From NCBI GenBank assembly GCA_963845515.1, contig CAWJSR010000057.1:160001-224000 (forward strand): a DNA stretch of 64,000 bases. The letters run 5' to 3'. Origin of the DNA: an uncultured delta proteobacterium (GTDB lineage: Bacteria > Myxococcota > Myxococcia > Myxococcales > Anaeromyxobacteraceae). Shown piece by piece: positions 52,958 to 60,678 of the stretch. The notes under the pieces are model-generated. The model saw nothing but the letters and a program-made list of their open reading frames with translations. It did not search any database and was not told the DNA's origin. Every line of letters begins with the position of its first letter. Position 1 is the first letter of the stretch. Both the position numbers and the translations under genes were made by a program.

Positions 52958-54181
52958 ATGCGAGCGAGTTCGCCGGAGAGGACGGAGGCACGAGGGCTGC
53001 GGCTGCAGCTCGCGCTGCGCAGCGGCGGCCTCTCGTTCGCTCTGGTCATGGTCGCAGGGCTCGTCCTGGAGTGGCTCCACCCGGACGTCCGGGCCTTCCA
53101 CCTGCTCCTGCTCCTCGTGGCGGCGCTCTCAGCGGGCGCCATCGGCGCGGTCGCTGGCGCGAGGACGGGTCGCTCCATCGCGCTGCCGCTCGCGGCCCTC
53201 AGCGACTCCCTGCAGGGCGCAGCGGGGACGGGCGCGGTCCCTGCGCTGCCGCTGAACGCGCCGGCCGAGATCGGGGCCGCCGCCAGGAGCGTCGCGGGGA
53301 TGGCTCGCGCCTTCGTCGTGGCGCGCGAGGATCTCGCGGGGGCCGCCGGGCGGATCCACGTCGAGTCCGAGGCCATCCACGACGCGGCCTCGCGCCGCTC
53401 GGCCCAGTCCCAGTCCGAGGCGGCCGCGATCAACCAGACCAACGCCGCGGCCGTCGAGATCGCGCAGTCGACCCAGCGGGCGCTGGAGCGGGCGGACTCC
53501 GTCATCGAGATGGCGCAGCGCTCCGAGGATCTGAGCGCCGACGGCGCTCGCGTGGTGGCCGGCGCGGTCAAGGCAACGGGGACGCTCGCCGAGCAGGTCC
53601 GGCGCGTGACGTCCATGGTGTCCGAGCTCTCGGAGCGGACCTCCCAGATCGCCGAGATCGTCGTCACCGTCCAGGACCTCGCGGAGCAGACGGACCTCGT
53701 CGCCCTCAACGCCTCGGTCGAGGCCGCCAAGGCGGGCGAGCAGGGGCGCGGGTTCGCCGTGGTCGCCATGGAGATGCGACAGCTCGCGGAGCAGTCCAGG
53801 CAGGCCGCGACGCAGGTCCGCACGATCCTCACCGAGATCGACCGCGGGACGCAGGTCTCCGCGAACGCCACCGAGGAGGGCGTGGCGCACGCGCAGGAGG
53901 CCCAGCACCTGGCCATGGCCGCCGGCGAGGCGCTGGACGGCCTCATCCTCGTCATCCGCAGCTCGGCCGGTGCCGCCCGTGAGATCGCCGAGGCGGCGCG
54001 CAGCCAGACCGGGGAGGTCCAGTCGATGGTCTCCTCCTTCGCCCAGCTGGTGCGGACGCTCAACGCGGGCGCCGAGGATGCCATCGCGCTCGAGCGCTCG
54101 GCCAAGGCGCTGGCCGACCTGTCGCGGGCGCTGGCTCACAGCGCCTCCGGGCAGCCGCTCGGGCCCGGGGCCGGAGCGTGA
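52958..54181 (+). CDS. Methyl-accepting chemotaxis protein
   Basis: Two TM segments, LAEQTDLVALNASVEAAKAGEQGRGFAVVA. Confidence 0.93.
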   Translation: MRASSPERTEARGLRLQLALRSGGLSFALVMVAGLVLEWLHPDVRAFHLLLLLVAALSAGAIGAVAGARTGRSIALPLAALSDSLQGAAGTGAVPALPLNAPAEIGAAARSVAGMARAFVVAREDLAGAAGRIHVESEAIHDAASRRSAQSQSEAAAINQTNAAAVEIAQSTQRALERADSVIEMAQRSEDLSADGARVVAGAVKATGTLAEQVRRVTSMVSELSERTSQIAEIVVTVQDLAEQTDLVALNASVEAAKAGEQGRGFAVVAMEMRQLAEQSRQAATQVRTILTEIDRGTQVSANATEEGVAHAQEAQHLAMAAGEALDGLILVIRSSAGAAREIAEAARSQTGEVQSMVSSFAQLVRTLNAGAEDAIALERSAKALADLSRALAHSASGQPLGPGAGA

Positions 54182-54768
54182 GTCACACCCCGGTCCGCAG
54201 GCTCCCGGAGGGGCGCTGCGCGCGCTGCGCCTTCCCCCGCGAGCTCTGCCTGTGCGACCAGATCCCGCGGCTGGAGGTGCAGGTCCAGTTCGTGATCCTC
54301 CGGCACGCGAGCGAGATCCCCCGCCTCACGAGCACCGCGCGCTGGGCTGCCCTGGCGCTGCCGGGCGCCCAGATCGTCGACTACGCCCTCCCCGGCCCTC
54401 CGATAGAAGGCGGCTTCCTCGCCGGGGAAGGCACCTGGGCCCTCTTCCCCTCCGGCGAGCCGACGCCCCCCGGCAGCGCGCGCCCGCGCCGGATCGTGGT
54501 TCCGGACGGCACGTGGCAGCAGGCGCGCAGGATGATGCAGCGCGTCCCGGCCCTGCAGCGGCTCCCGCGCCTCACGCTGCCCCCAGCCGTCCCCGCCCCG
54601 CGCATGCGGCGCCCTCCCATCGCAGGCGGGATGTCGACGCTGGAGGCGATCGCGGAGGCGCTGCGCCACCTGGGGCACGTCGCTGAGGCGGAGCGGCTCC
54701 TCCTCATGCACGCCATCGCAGTCGACCGCGTGTCGAGGCTGCGCGGGATGCCGGCGGCGGTCGGCTAG
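54178..54768 (+). CDS. DTW-domain tRNA-uridine aminocarboxypropyltransferase
   Basis: CARC...CLC, HASE, LFP, PDGTW, STLEA. Confidence 0.9.
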   Translation: MSHTPVRRLPEGRCARCAFPRELCLCDQIPRLEVQVQFVILRHASEIPRLTSTARWAALALPGAQIVDYALPGPPIEGGFLAGEGTWALFPSGEPTPPGSARPRRIVVPDGTWQQARRMMQRVPALQRLPRLTLPPAVPAPRMRRPPIAGGMSTLEAIAEALRHLGHVAEAERLLLMHAIAVDRVSRLRGMPAAVG

Positions 54769-54812
54769 GCAAGACGGCTGGACCCGCAGTCACGCGAGCG
54801 TGGAAGTCGAGG

Positions 54813-54844
54813 GACTTGCCGTTTCGGCAAGTCGGCGTTAGGTT
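54813..54844 (+). promoter_or_regulatory. TA promoter with overlapping palindromic operator
   Basis: TTGCCG-17bp-TAGGTT, 6 nt before GTG 54851; perfect inverted repeat GACTTGCCG-TTT-CGGCAAGTC at 54813-54833. Confidence 0.75.
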
Positions 54845-54850
54845 TGGCTG

Positions 54851-55108
54851 GTGGACGCCGCCACTGCGCTCGTGGACATTCGAGGGTACGCCGCCGCCAA
54901 CAGGATCCGCATCCTTCGCCACGCATGGCAGCGGATGGGCGAGCGGGGCGCGCAGTACGAGGACGTCCGCCACGCCCTCGCGAGCGCCCGCAGGTGCAGG
55001 GCGGCGGACCAGGGCCGGTGGAGGGTCTCGGGCGACGACCTCGACGGGGACGAGCTCACCCTCGTCGTCGCCATCGAGGCGGGCGTGGTCGTGGTGACGG
55101 TGTACTGA
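54851..55108 (+). CDS. DUF4258-like putative ribonuclease toxin
   Basis: HAWQRMGERG...DVRHAL...G-D-DG...VVVTVY. Confidence 0.8.
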   Translation: MDAATALVDIRGYAAANRIRILRHAWQRMGERGAQYEDVRHALASARRCRAADQGRWRVSGDDLDGDELTLVVAIEAGVVVVTVY

Positions 55109-55123
55109 CGCGGGAGCAAGGTC

Positions 55124-55606
55124 ATGAAGCGGTGCATGTCGTGCAGGAGCAGCGACGTCCGGGAGGTCAGGGAGGCGGTGGAGGTGCGCGTGCCCTCGTC
55201 GCCCGAGCCGTTCGTCGTCCGCGTGACGGGGGTGTCGGCCATCAAGTGCGGGGCCTGCGGCGAGTCCGTCCTCAACGGGGCCGATCTCGGCCGGGCCGAG
55301 CTGCTCGCGGGGGCGGAGGCGATGGCGCGGGGGCTGCGGGACGGCGGCACGTTCAAGTTCATCCGCAAGGCGCTCGGGATGCGCGCCTCCGAGCTCGGCA
55401 CGCTGCTCGACGTGTCGCCGGAGACGATCTCCAGGTGGGAGAACGGCCACCGCGCCGCCGAGCGCAGCGTCTGGAACACGCTCGCGGACCTCGTGGCCGA
55501 CAGGCTCAAGGGCACCAACACCACGCTGACCCGCCTGACGGTTCCGAAGGCTCGCATCCCGAAGCAGGCGATCCGGCTCAGCCTCAGCATGGCGAGTGCG
55601 AAGTAG
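55124..55606 (+). CDS. MqsA/YgiT-type zinc finger plus XRE HTH antitoxin
   Basis: CMSC...CGACGE and IRKALGMRASELGTLLDVSPETISRWENG. Confidence 0.88.
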   Translation: MKRCMSCRSSDVREVREAVEVRVPSSPEPFVVRVTGVSAIKCGACGESVLNGADLGRAELLAGAEAMARGLRDGGTFKFIRKALGMRASELGTLLDVSPETISRWENGHRAAERSVWNTLADLVADRLKGTNTTLTRLTVPKARIPKQAIRLSLSMASAK

Positions 55607-55655
55607 GAGCGCGGGGATGTCCGGCCAGGAACGCCACATGCTCATGCCTGCCGGC

Positions 55656-55786
55656 GTGACTCCCGTCCGACAAATCCTCAGGGGGACCACGCACCTCGTC
55701 GCGCGCCGCGCACCGGGGCGATCTTCCTGTATGCCCTCGCGCTCGCGGCCCAGCGTTACGGGATCCTTGTCCACGCGTACTGCCTC
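55656..55786 (+). pseudogene. Y1/RAYT-like transposase N-terminal remnant (contains repeat copy 2 at 55720-55780)
   Basis: VTPVRQILRGTTHLVARR, deletion, IFLYALALAAQRYGILVHAYCL. Confidence 0.65.
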
Positions 55787-55959
55787 GCGTGCATCGCTCA
55801 CTCGCTCAGCCTTCACCCCTCCCGAGCTCGCCTTGACGTTCAACGTCTACCGCGCCTCGTGCAACGCACCGGCGCGGGCGATCACGTAGCCGGTGCGGCC
55901 GCTCGGGAGCTTCACCCGGTAGTACATGAAGTCCTTCTCATTGGCCTTCGCAACAACGA

Positions 55960-56390
55960 CCAGCGGCGACCAGCAGCGCCTGCGCCGGCCCGAGGCGCTG
56001 GCCGACGAGCGTCGCGAGCCCCGGGCGCGTCGACCAGCCGTAGACCAGCGGGACGTGGATCGCGTAGGCGCCGAGCGAGGCCCTCCCCAGCGGCGCCAGG
56101 CGCGCCGCAGCGGAGGCCGGGACCCGGGTCAGGGCGGCGATCAGGACCAGGAACGCACCGATCCGGTAGACGATCAGGACGGGGTCGTTGAATGGCATCG
56201 TCCCCACGCCGGTCCAGCAGGTGGCGCCGACGGCGACGGCCCCGAGCCCGGCCAGCCACGCGGCCTCCCTGCGCCCAGCCTCCACCACCAGCAGCCCGAC
56301 TGCGGCGCCCGCGAAGAAGTAGGCCATCCACGGGAAGAGCGGGAACGGCGAGGTCCCGCCGATCGCCTGCTCGAGCGCGACACCGGAGTG
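55960..56390 (-). pseudogene. Internal fragment of a polytopic membrane acyltransferase-like gene (DUF1624-like)
   Basis: GGTSPFPLFPWMAYFFAG...LGRASLGAYAIH; no natural start or end. Confidence 0.6.
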
Positions 56391-56523
56391 ATGGTGGTGC
56401 CGACCAGATTCCCGTTGTTGTCGTACGAGTACCGCGTGCCGGGCAGGTCCACAGCGGACGCGTTGCTGGCGGCAGCCGCGAGCACGACCATCACCAGAGT
56501 CTCCGGCGATTCCAGATCTTCAT
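56390..56523 (-). pseudogene. 5' remnant of a secreted YD/Rhs-repeat gene
   Basis: Signal-peptide-like VMVVLAAAASNASA followed by TRYSYDNNGNLVG. Confidence 0.55.
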
Positions 56524-56637
56524 GGGCTGGGCCCCCCAGGGTTCCGGCCGTGCAACTGCACCTGCGACCCTCAGTGTTCCGAAGACGTCCTTATACCCGA
56601 GCAAGAGCACAATGAGTGGAATGATCCCGCGGACCCT

Positions 56638-56715
56638 GCGCTCCAGCGGCTGACACGGTTCCAACGCGCCTACCGAGAGGCGCTCGACGCGTGGCGAACG
56701 GGGCAGCGCGACTTC
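56638..56715 (+). pseudogene. Probable C-terminal remnant of the Y1/RAYT-like transposase
   Basis: ALQRLTRFQRAYREALDAWRTGQRDF resembles my recollection of the C-terminus of this myxobacterial family; not verified. Confidence 0.45.
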
Positions 56716-56798
56716 CGGCGCCCCCCCCCACGCCTGCGATGAGCCGGTCGCCCGAGTACTGGTACGTTTCTGCGTCTGGGCTTGATCAAGCCCAGTCC

Positions 56799-57023
56799 TC
56801 ATCGGAACTGAATGATCCCGAGAAGAGCGAGCCACCCGATCACGAAGAAGCCCGCGCCGACAACCGTTGCGACGGTCATGGCCACGAAGACAGCTTGCTG
56901 GTCGAACTTGAACCCCCATGCACGCGCCTGCTGCTCAAGAACGAAGTGACCAAACCGCCTCCGAAACGCGACCATTGCGCCGCCGACACAGATCGCAGCC
57001 ACTCCGAGGATCCATTGGGTCAT
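56799..57023 (-). CDS. Putative immunity protein, two TM segments
   Basis: 74 aa starting 10 nt after the Rhs-CT stop; two hydrophobic helices. Confidence 0.65.
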   Translation of the reverse strand: MTQWILGVAAICVGGAMVAFRRRFGHFVLEQQARAWGFKFDQQAVFVAMTVATVVGAGFFVIGWLALLGIIQFR

Positions 57024-57033
57024 TGCGTCGCCC

Positions 57034-58125
57034 CTAGCGGCACTTCTCTTCCGGCTTCATGAGTTCACGCGAGACGTAGTAGCCCGTCAGGGACGCGCCG
57101 GGAGGCCACCCAATGCCCGCCTCCCAGAACCAACCTCCGTCGAGGGCGTAGCCCACCTGACCTGCCGGCCCCGCCTGGCCCTGCAACCCGAAGTTCCATC
57201 CGGGTGAGACGCTCCCGGGTGACCATGTGATCGAGCCGCCCACCCCAGGAATCATGAACCCGCCGCCTCCGTAGACATGGAAGCTGGACTCCTTCGAATC
57301 GAGCATGATCCCGAATGTCCCGCCGACTCCGAACCAACCACCAGAAAGATTGAGGTCCAGATACCAGAGCCCCCAAGGGTCCGTGTACCGCAGCGGATTC
57401 CCCTCCGCATACCCGTACCAGTTCGGCCCGTAGAACCCGTTGAACCCACCCGCCTTCGCGATGGGGTCCAACTCCAGATACCTCCCGAGGGAGGGCAGGT
57501 ACCACCGATTCCAGTTGTAGTACGGCCCCTGCAGTCCGACCGAGGCGAGGAGCCTCTCGTCGTACTGCCCCGGCAGCCTCAGGTTCGTCACGACCGTGCG
57601 CCCTGAGACGCTGTCCGTGAATGTCGTCTCCCCGATATCCCCGTACGGCCGCGCCGTCGCCTGCCAGACGGTCTGTCCGCTGGAGTTCGTCAGCGCGCGC
57701 GGCAGGCCAATGTGATCGACGTGCACGGCGTAGGTGTACCGCTCGCTCGCGCCTGGGTGTTCCTCCTGCGCCACTGGCCTCCCGTCCAGCCAGACGTACT
57801 CCCGCACGGTCCGCCACGGGCTCGCCGGAACACCAGTCCGCTCGTACTCACCCATGGTCTCCCCGCCCGGCAGGAACGAGAAGTACGTCTTCTTCCCCGT
57901 CGCGCCGTCGGTCCTCGCGACGCGCCGGTTCATCGCGTCGTACTCGAACCGCGCCACCACCGACGTCACAGCCGCTTCCGTCCGGCATGCGAGCGCGTCC
58001 GGGCCGCCGGAACACGGCGCCGCATTCCCGACCAGCACCAGCCTTCCCAGCGCATCGTGCACCATGCAGACCGTCTGCGTTATGCTCGTCCCCGCAGAGT
58101 CGTAGGTCGAGGGGGACTTCACAAG
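57034..58125 (-). pseudogene. Orphan Rhs module 1: YD repeats, Rhs core and Gly-rich C-terminal toxin domain
   Basis: HDALGRL, YDAMNRR, EYVWLDGRP, HVDHIGLP, NLRLPGQY, YYNWNRWY, GRYLELDP, NPLRYTDPWGL; 5' end truncated. Confidence 0.88.
57395..57591. repeat. Rhs-core direct repeat, copy 1 (copy 2 at 59177-59373)
   Basis: 197-bp segments highly similar with mostly synonymous differences; offset 1782 bp. Confidence 0.9.
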
Positions 58126-58135
58126 GATGGCGGGC

Positions 58136-58681
58136 CTACTTCGACTCCTTGGCTCGGCGTCGGGCAACGCCTTGCGCCTGACGCTTGGAGCCGTGGGAGG
58201 CGGTCGCGCGGAACTCAACGCCCGCGTGGTGGACATCAACCAATGCATCTCGTCTAACGAGGTGAGGATGCTCGCTGCACGACTCAATCCTCACCTTGTA
58301 GTGCTGCAAGTCGACGTATCCGAAGTCGTCCCAGTCATGGAAGTCAACGAAGGCAAGGACGAGCCCTTTCGCCCTAAGTCTCTTCACCGGGTCGTCCCAG
58401 TAGAGGTTTCCGTCTGAGCTTGGTCGATTGACCATAATCGGTACCGGGTCGCTATTGGGCCGCAGAAGGAGAAACGGAGCCGGCTCGTCGCGCGGCGACC
58501 GCTTGAACGACCCCATGCCAATCGGCCGGAGCACCAACTGTTCGAAGAGGACGCGTTGGATGGCACGGAAAGCATCTACTGCATCGAAGTCGACGTAGGG
58601 CTCCGCACTCGGACGCATGGCTGCGTTCCAGACGCTACGGGCGCATTCACGGTACGCTAACATCAACTCGGTCACGTCCAT
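58136..58681 (-). CDS. Putative immunity protein for Rhs module 2
   Basis: 181-aa soluble ORF (MDVTELMLAYRECARSVWN...) with GAGG RBS, 32 nt after the toxin stop; AT-richer. Confidence 0.7.
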   Translation of the reverse strand: MDVTELMLAYRECARSVWNAAMRPSAEPYVDFDAVDAFRAIQRVLFEQLVLRPIGMGSFKRSPRDEPAPFLLLRPNSDPVPIMVNRPSSDGNLYWDDPVKRLRAKGLVLAFVDFHDWDDFGYVDLQHYKVRIESCSEHPHLVRRDALVDVHHAGVEFRATASHGSKRQAQGVARRRAKESK

Positions 58682-58713
58682 CGCACGTCCCTCGCAAGAA
58701 CCGGCGGGCGACT

Positions 58714-59565
58714 CTACAGGTGATCCCGCTTCGGATTGCACATGCAGGTCAACGGGTTCTGGTCCCAGACCATCTGGTGACCGACGCACGTGTCCTGACC
58801 GGGAGTCTTCCACTGCGGAGAGTTCGGCCCACACGGATTGCAGTCGCCTCCCGCGTTCCGCCCAGGATTGAACGGCTTATAGCCGTCTGTCCACGGAGGG
58901 TCACTGTGGCCTCGCCTCCGACCGCCAGGTGGACCCATCCAGAATTCGAGCGCCGTCTGCATCCAGTCGTCCACTACGGGAAACACGTAGCGGATGCCCG
59001 TGCCGGCCGCTGCGCCGCCGATCGCCGCCCATACAATTGGCCCTGCTGCAGCGCCAACGCCAACCATGGGCCCGTTCGCGGCTGCGGGTATCATGGGCAT
59101 GTTGGCAGGAAGCGGTATGAACGGCACTGGGGTTACGGGCACAACTTGCAAGGCGTTGGAATCGAAGAACGCTAGTGGATTCCCCTCCGCACACCCGTAC
59201 CAGTTCGGCCCGTAGAACCCGTTGAACCCACCCGCCTTCGCGATGGGGTCCAGCTCCAGATACCTCCCCACGGAGGGCAAGTACCACCTGTTCCAGTTGT
59301 AGTACGGCCCCTGCAACCCGACGCTCGCCAGCAGCCTCTCGTCGTACTGTCCCGGCAGCCGCAGGTTCGTCACCATCAGTCGGTCTGATGCGAGTTCACC
59401 GTAGGAGCAGGACGAAGCCCAGCACGATCCGCTGCTTGGCTCCGCTTCGCGCCCTGAAGGTGCCCCACGGGCTTCGTCGGATCCCCTGACGCGGTTCTCG
59501 GCGGAGATGGACGAGGAGGAGGGCCAGTAGCCCTGGAACGTGTTGGTCGCGATGGCCCCCGTCAT
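58714..59565 (-). CDS. Rhs module 2: non-Rhs leader fused in frame to Rhs core end and Cys-rich C-terminal toxin domain
   Basis: Open frame MTGAIATNTF...AENRVRGS...YGELASDR-LMVTNLRLPGQY...NPLAFFDSNAL...CNPC...HQMVWDQNPLTCMC. Confidence 0.75.
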   Translation of the reverse strand: MTGAIATNTFQGYWPSSSSISAENRVRGSDEARGAPSGREAEPSSGSCWASSCSYGELASDRLMVTNLRLPGQYDERLLASVGLQGPYYNWNRWYLPSVGRYLELDPIAKAGGFNGFYGPNWYGCAEGNPLAFFDSNALQVVPVTPVPFIPLPANMPMIPAAANGPMVGVGAAAGPIVWAAIGGAAAGTGIRYVFPVVDDWMQTALEFWMGPPGGRRRGHSDPPWTDGYKPFNPGRNAGGDCNPCGPNSPQWKTPGQDTCVGHQMVWDQNPLTCMCNPKRDHL

Positions 59566-59603
59566 CACGCCCTGCACTCTACCCGGTTCACGGTGGGAGC
59601 GGG

Positions 59604-60678
59604 CTACTCGCCGTCCTCGTCGGCCTCCTCGTCGAGCTGCGCCAGGATCTCGGCCCGGTCCTGCTCCTTCTCGTCCTCGGCCTCGTTGTCGCCCTGCTTG
59701 CGCTCCAGCTTCGCGCCGGGGTGGGTGGCCGTGTGGATCTCCTTCAGCTTCCGGATCGAGACCTGCGTGTAGAGCTGCGTGGAGGCCAGGTTCTCGTGGC
59801 CGAGCATCTGCTGGATGAACCTCGTGTCGGCCCCGCCCTCCAGCATGAGCGTCGCCATCGTGTGGCGGAACAGGTGGCAGGAGCCCCGCTTCCCCACCCC
59901 GGCCGCCTCCACGTAGCCGCGCACGAGGTCGGAGAGGTGGCCGGGGGTGAGCGGCATCCCCTCGTTCCCCAGGAACAGGTAGCCGTCGTCCGGCTCCATC
60001 GCGAGCTGGGGTCGGACCTCGCGCAGGTACTTCTCCACCCAGAGCTGCGCCCGCTCGCCGATGGGGACCACCCGGTCCTTCTTCCCCTTGCCGAGCCGGA
60101 TCATCACGGTGCCCCGCTCCTGGTCGATCCCGAAGATGGTGAGCGCGACCAGCTCCTTGCGCCGGATGCCGGTCGAGTAGAGGAGCTCCATGATGGCCCG
60201 GTCGCGCACGCCCAGGGGCACGCGGAGGTCGGGCTGGGCCAGCACCTTCTCCACCTCCTCGATGGAGAGGATCGCCTTCGGGAGCCGCTTCTCCGTGCGC
60301 GGAAGCTCCAGCTCGCTCGCCGGGTTGTAGAGCAGGTAGTTGTTCCGGGTGAGCCAGCGGAAGAAGACGGTCACCACCATGAGCCGCGTGTACTGGGTCG
60401 AGCGGCTGCCCGTTCTTCTTGCGGTAGTAGAACATCCACCGCTGGTACCGCTGGAGGATGGGCCGGGTGATCTCGGCCGAGCGGAGGAGCCCGCGCTCCT
60501 CGCACCAGTTGGCGAGGTAGTGGAGCACCTGGGCGCGGTGCTCCACGGAGTCCTCGGTGTAGCCGCGCACCTGCATCCACTCCAGGTAGGCCGCGATGTT
60601 CCCGCGCATCGTCCGGTGGTCGGCTCCGGCGTGGAGGGTGCGGAACGAGTGGCGGGGCTTCTTCGTGCGCTTCGCCAT
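59604..60678 (-). CDS. XerC/D-like tyrosine recombinase, frameshift near 60395
   Basis: SAM-like N-terminus, RDRAIMELLYSTGIRR, GKGKKDR, HLFRH, LGH, TQLYT: all catalytic R-K-H-R-H-Y residues present. Confidence 0.9.

Noticed and set aside
56500..60678. Integron (IntI plus attC cassettes)
   Set aside because: No repeated RYYYAAC...GTTRRRY attC sites found by eye between modules, and the recombinase shows no obvious IntI-specific insertion.
59604..60678. Housekeeping xerC
   Set aside because: Coupled to a primase-ATPase inside a variable island rather than in a core-genome context.
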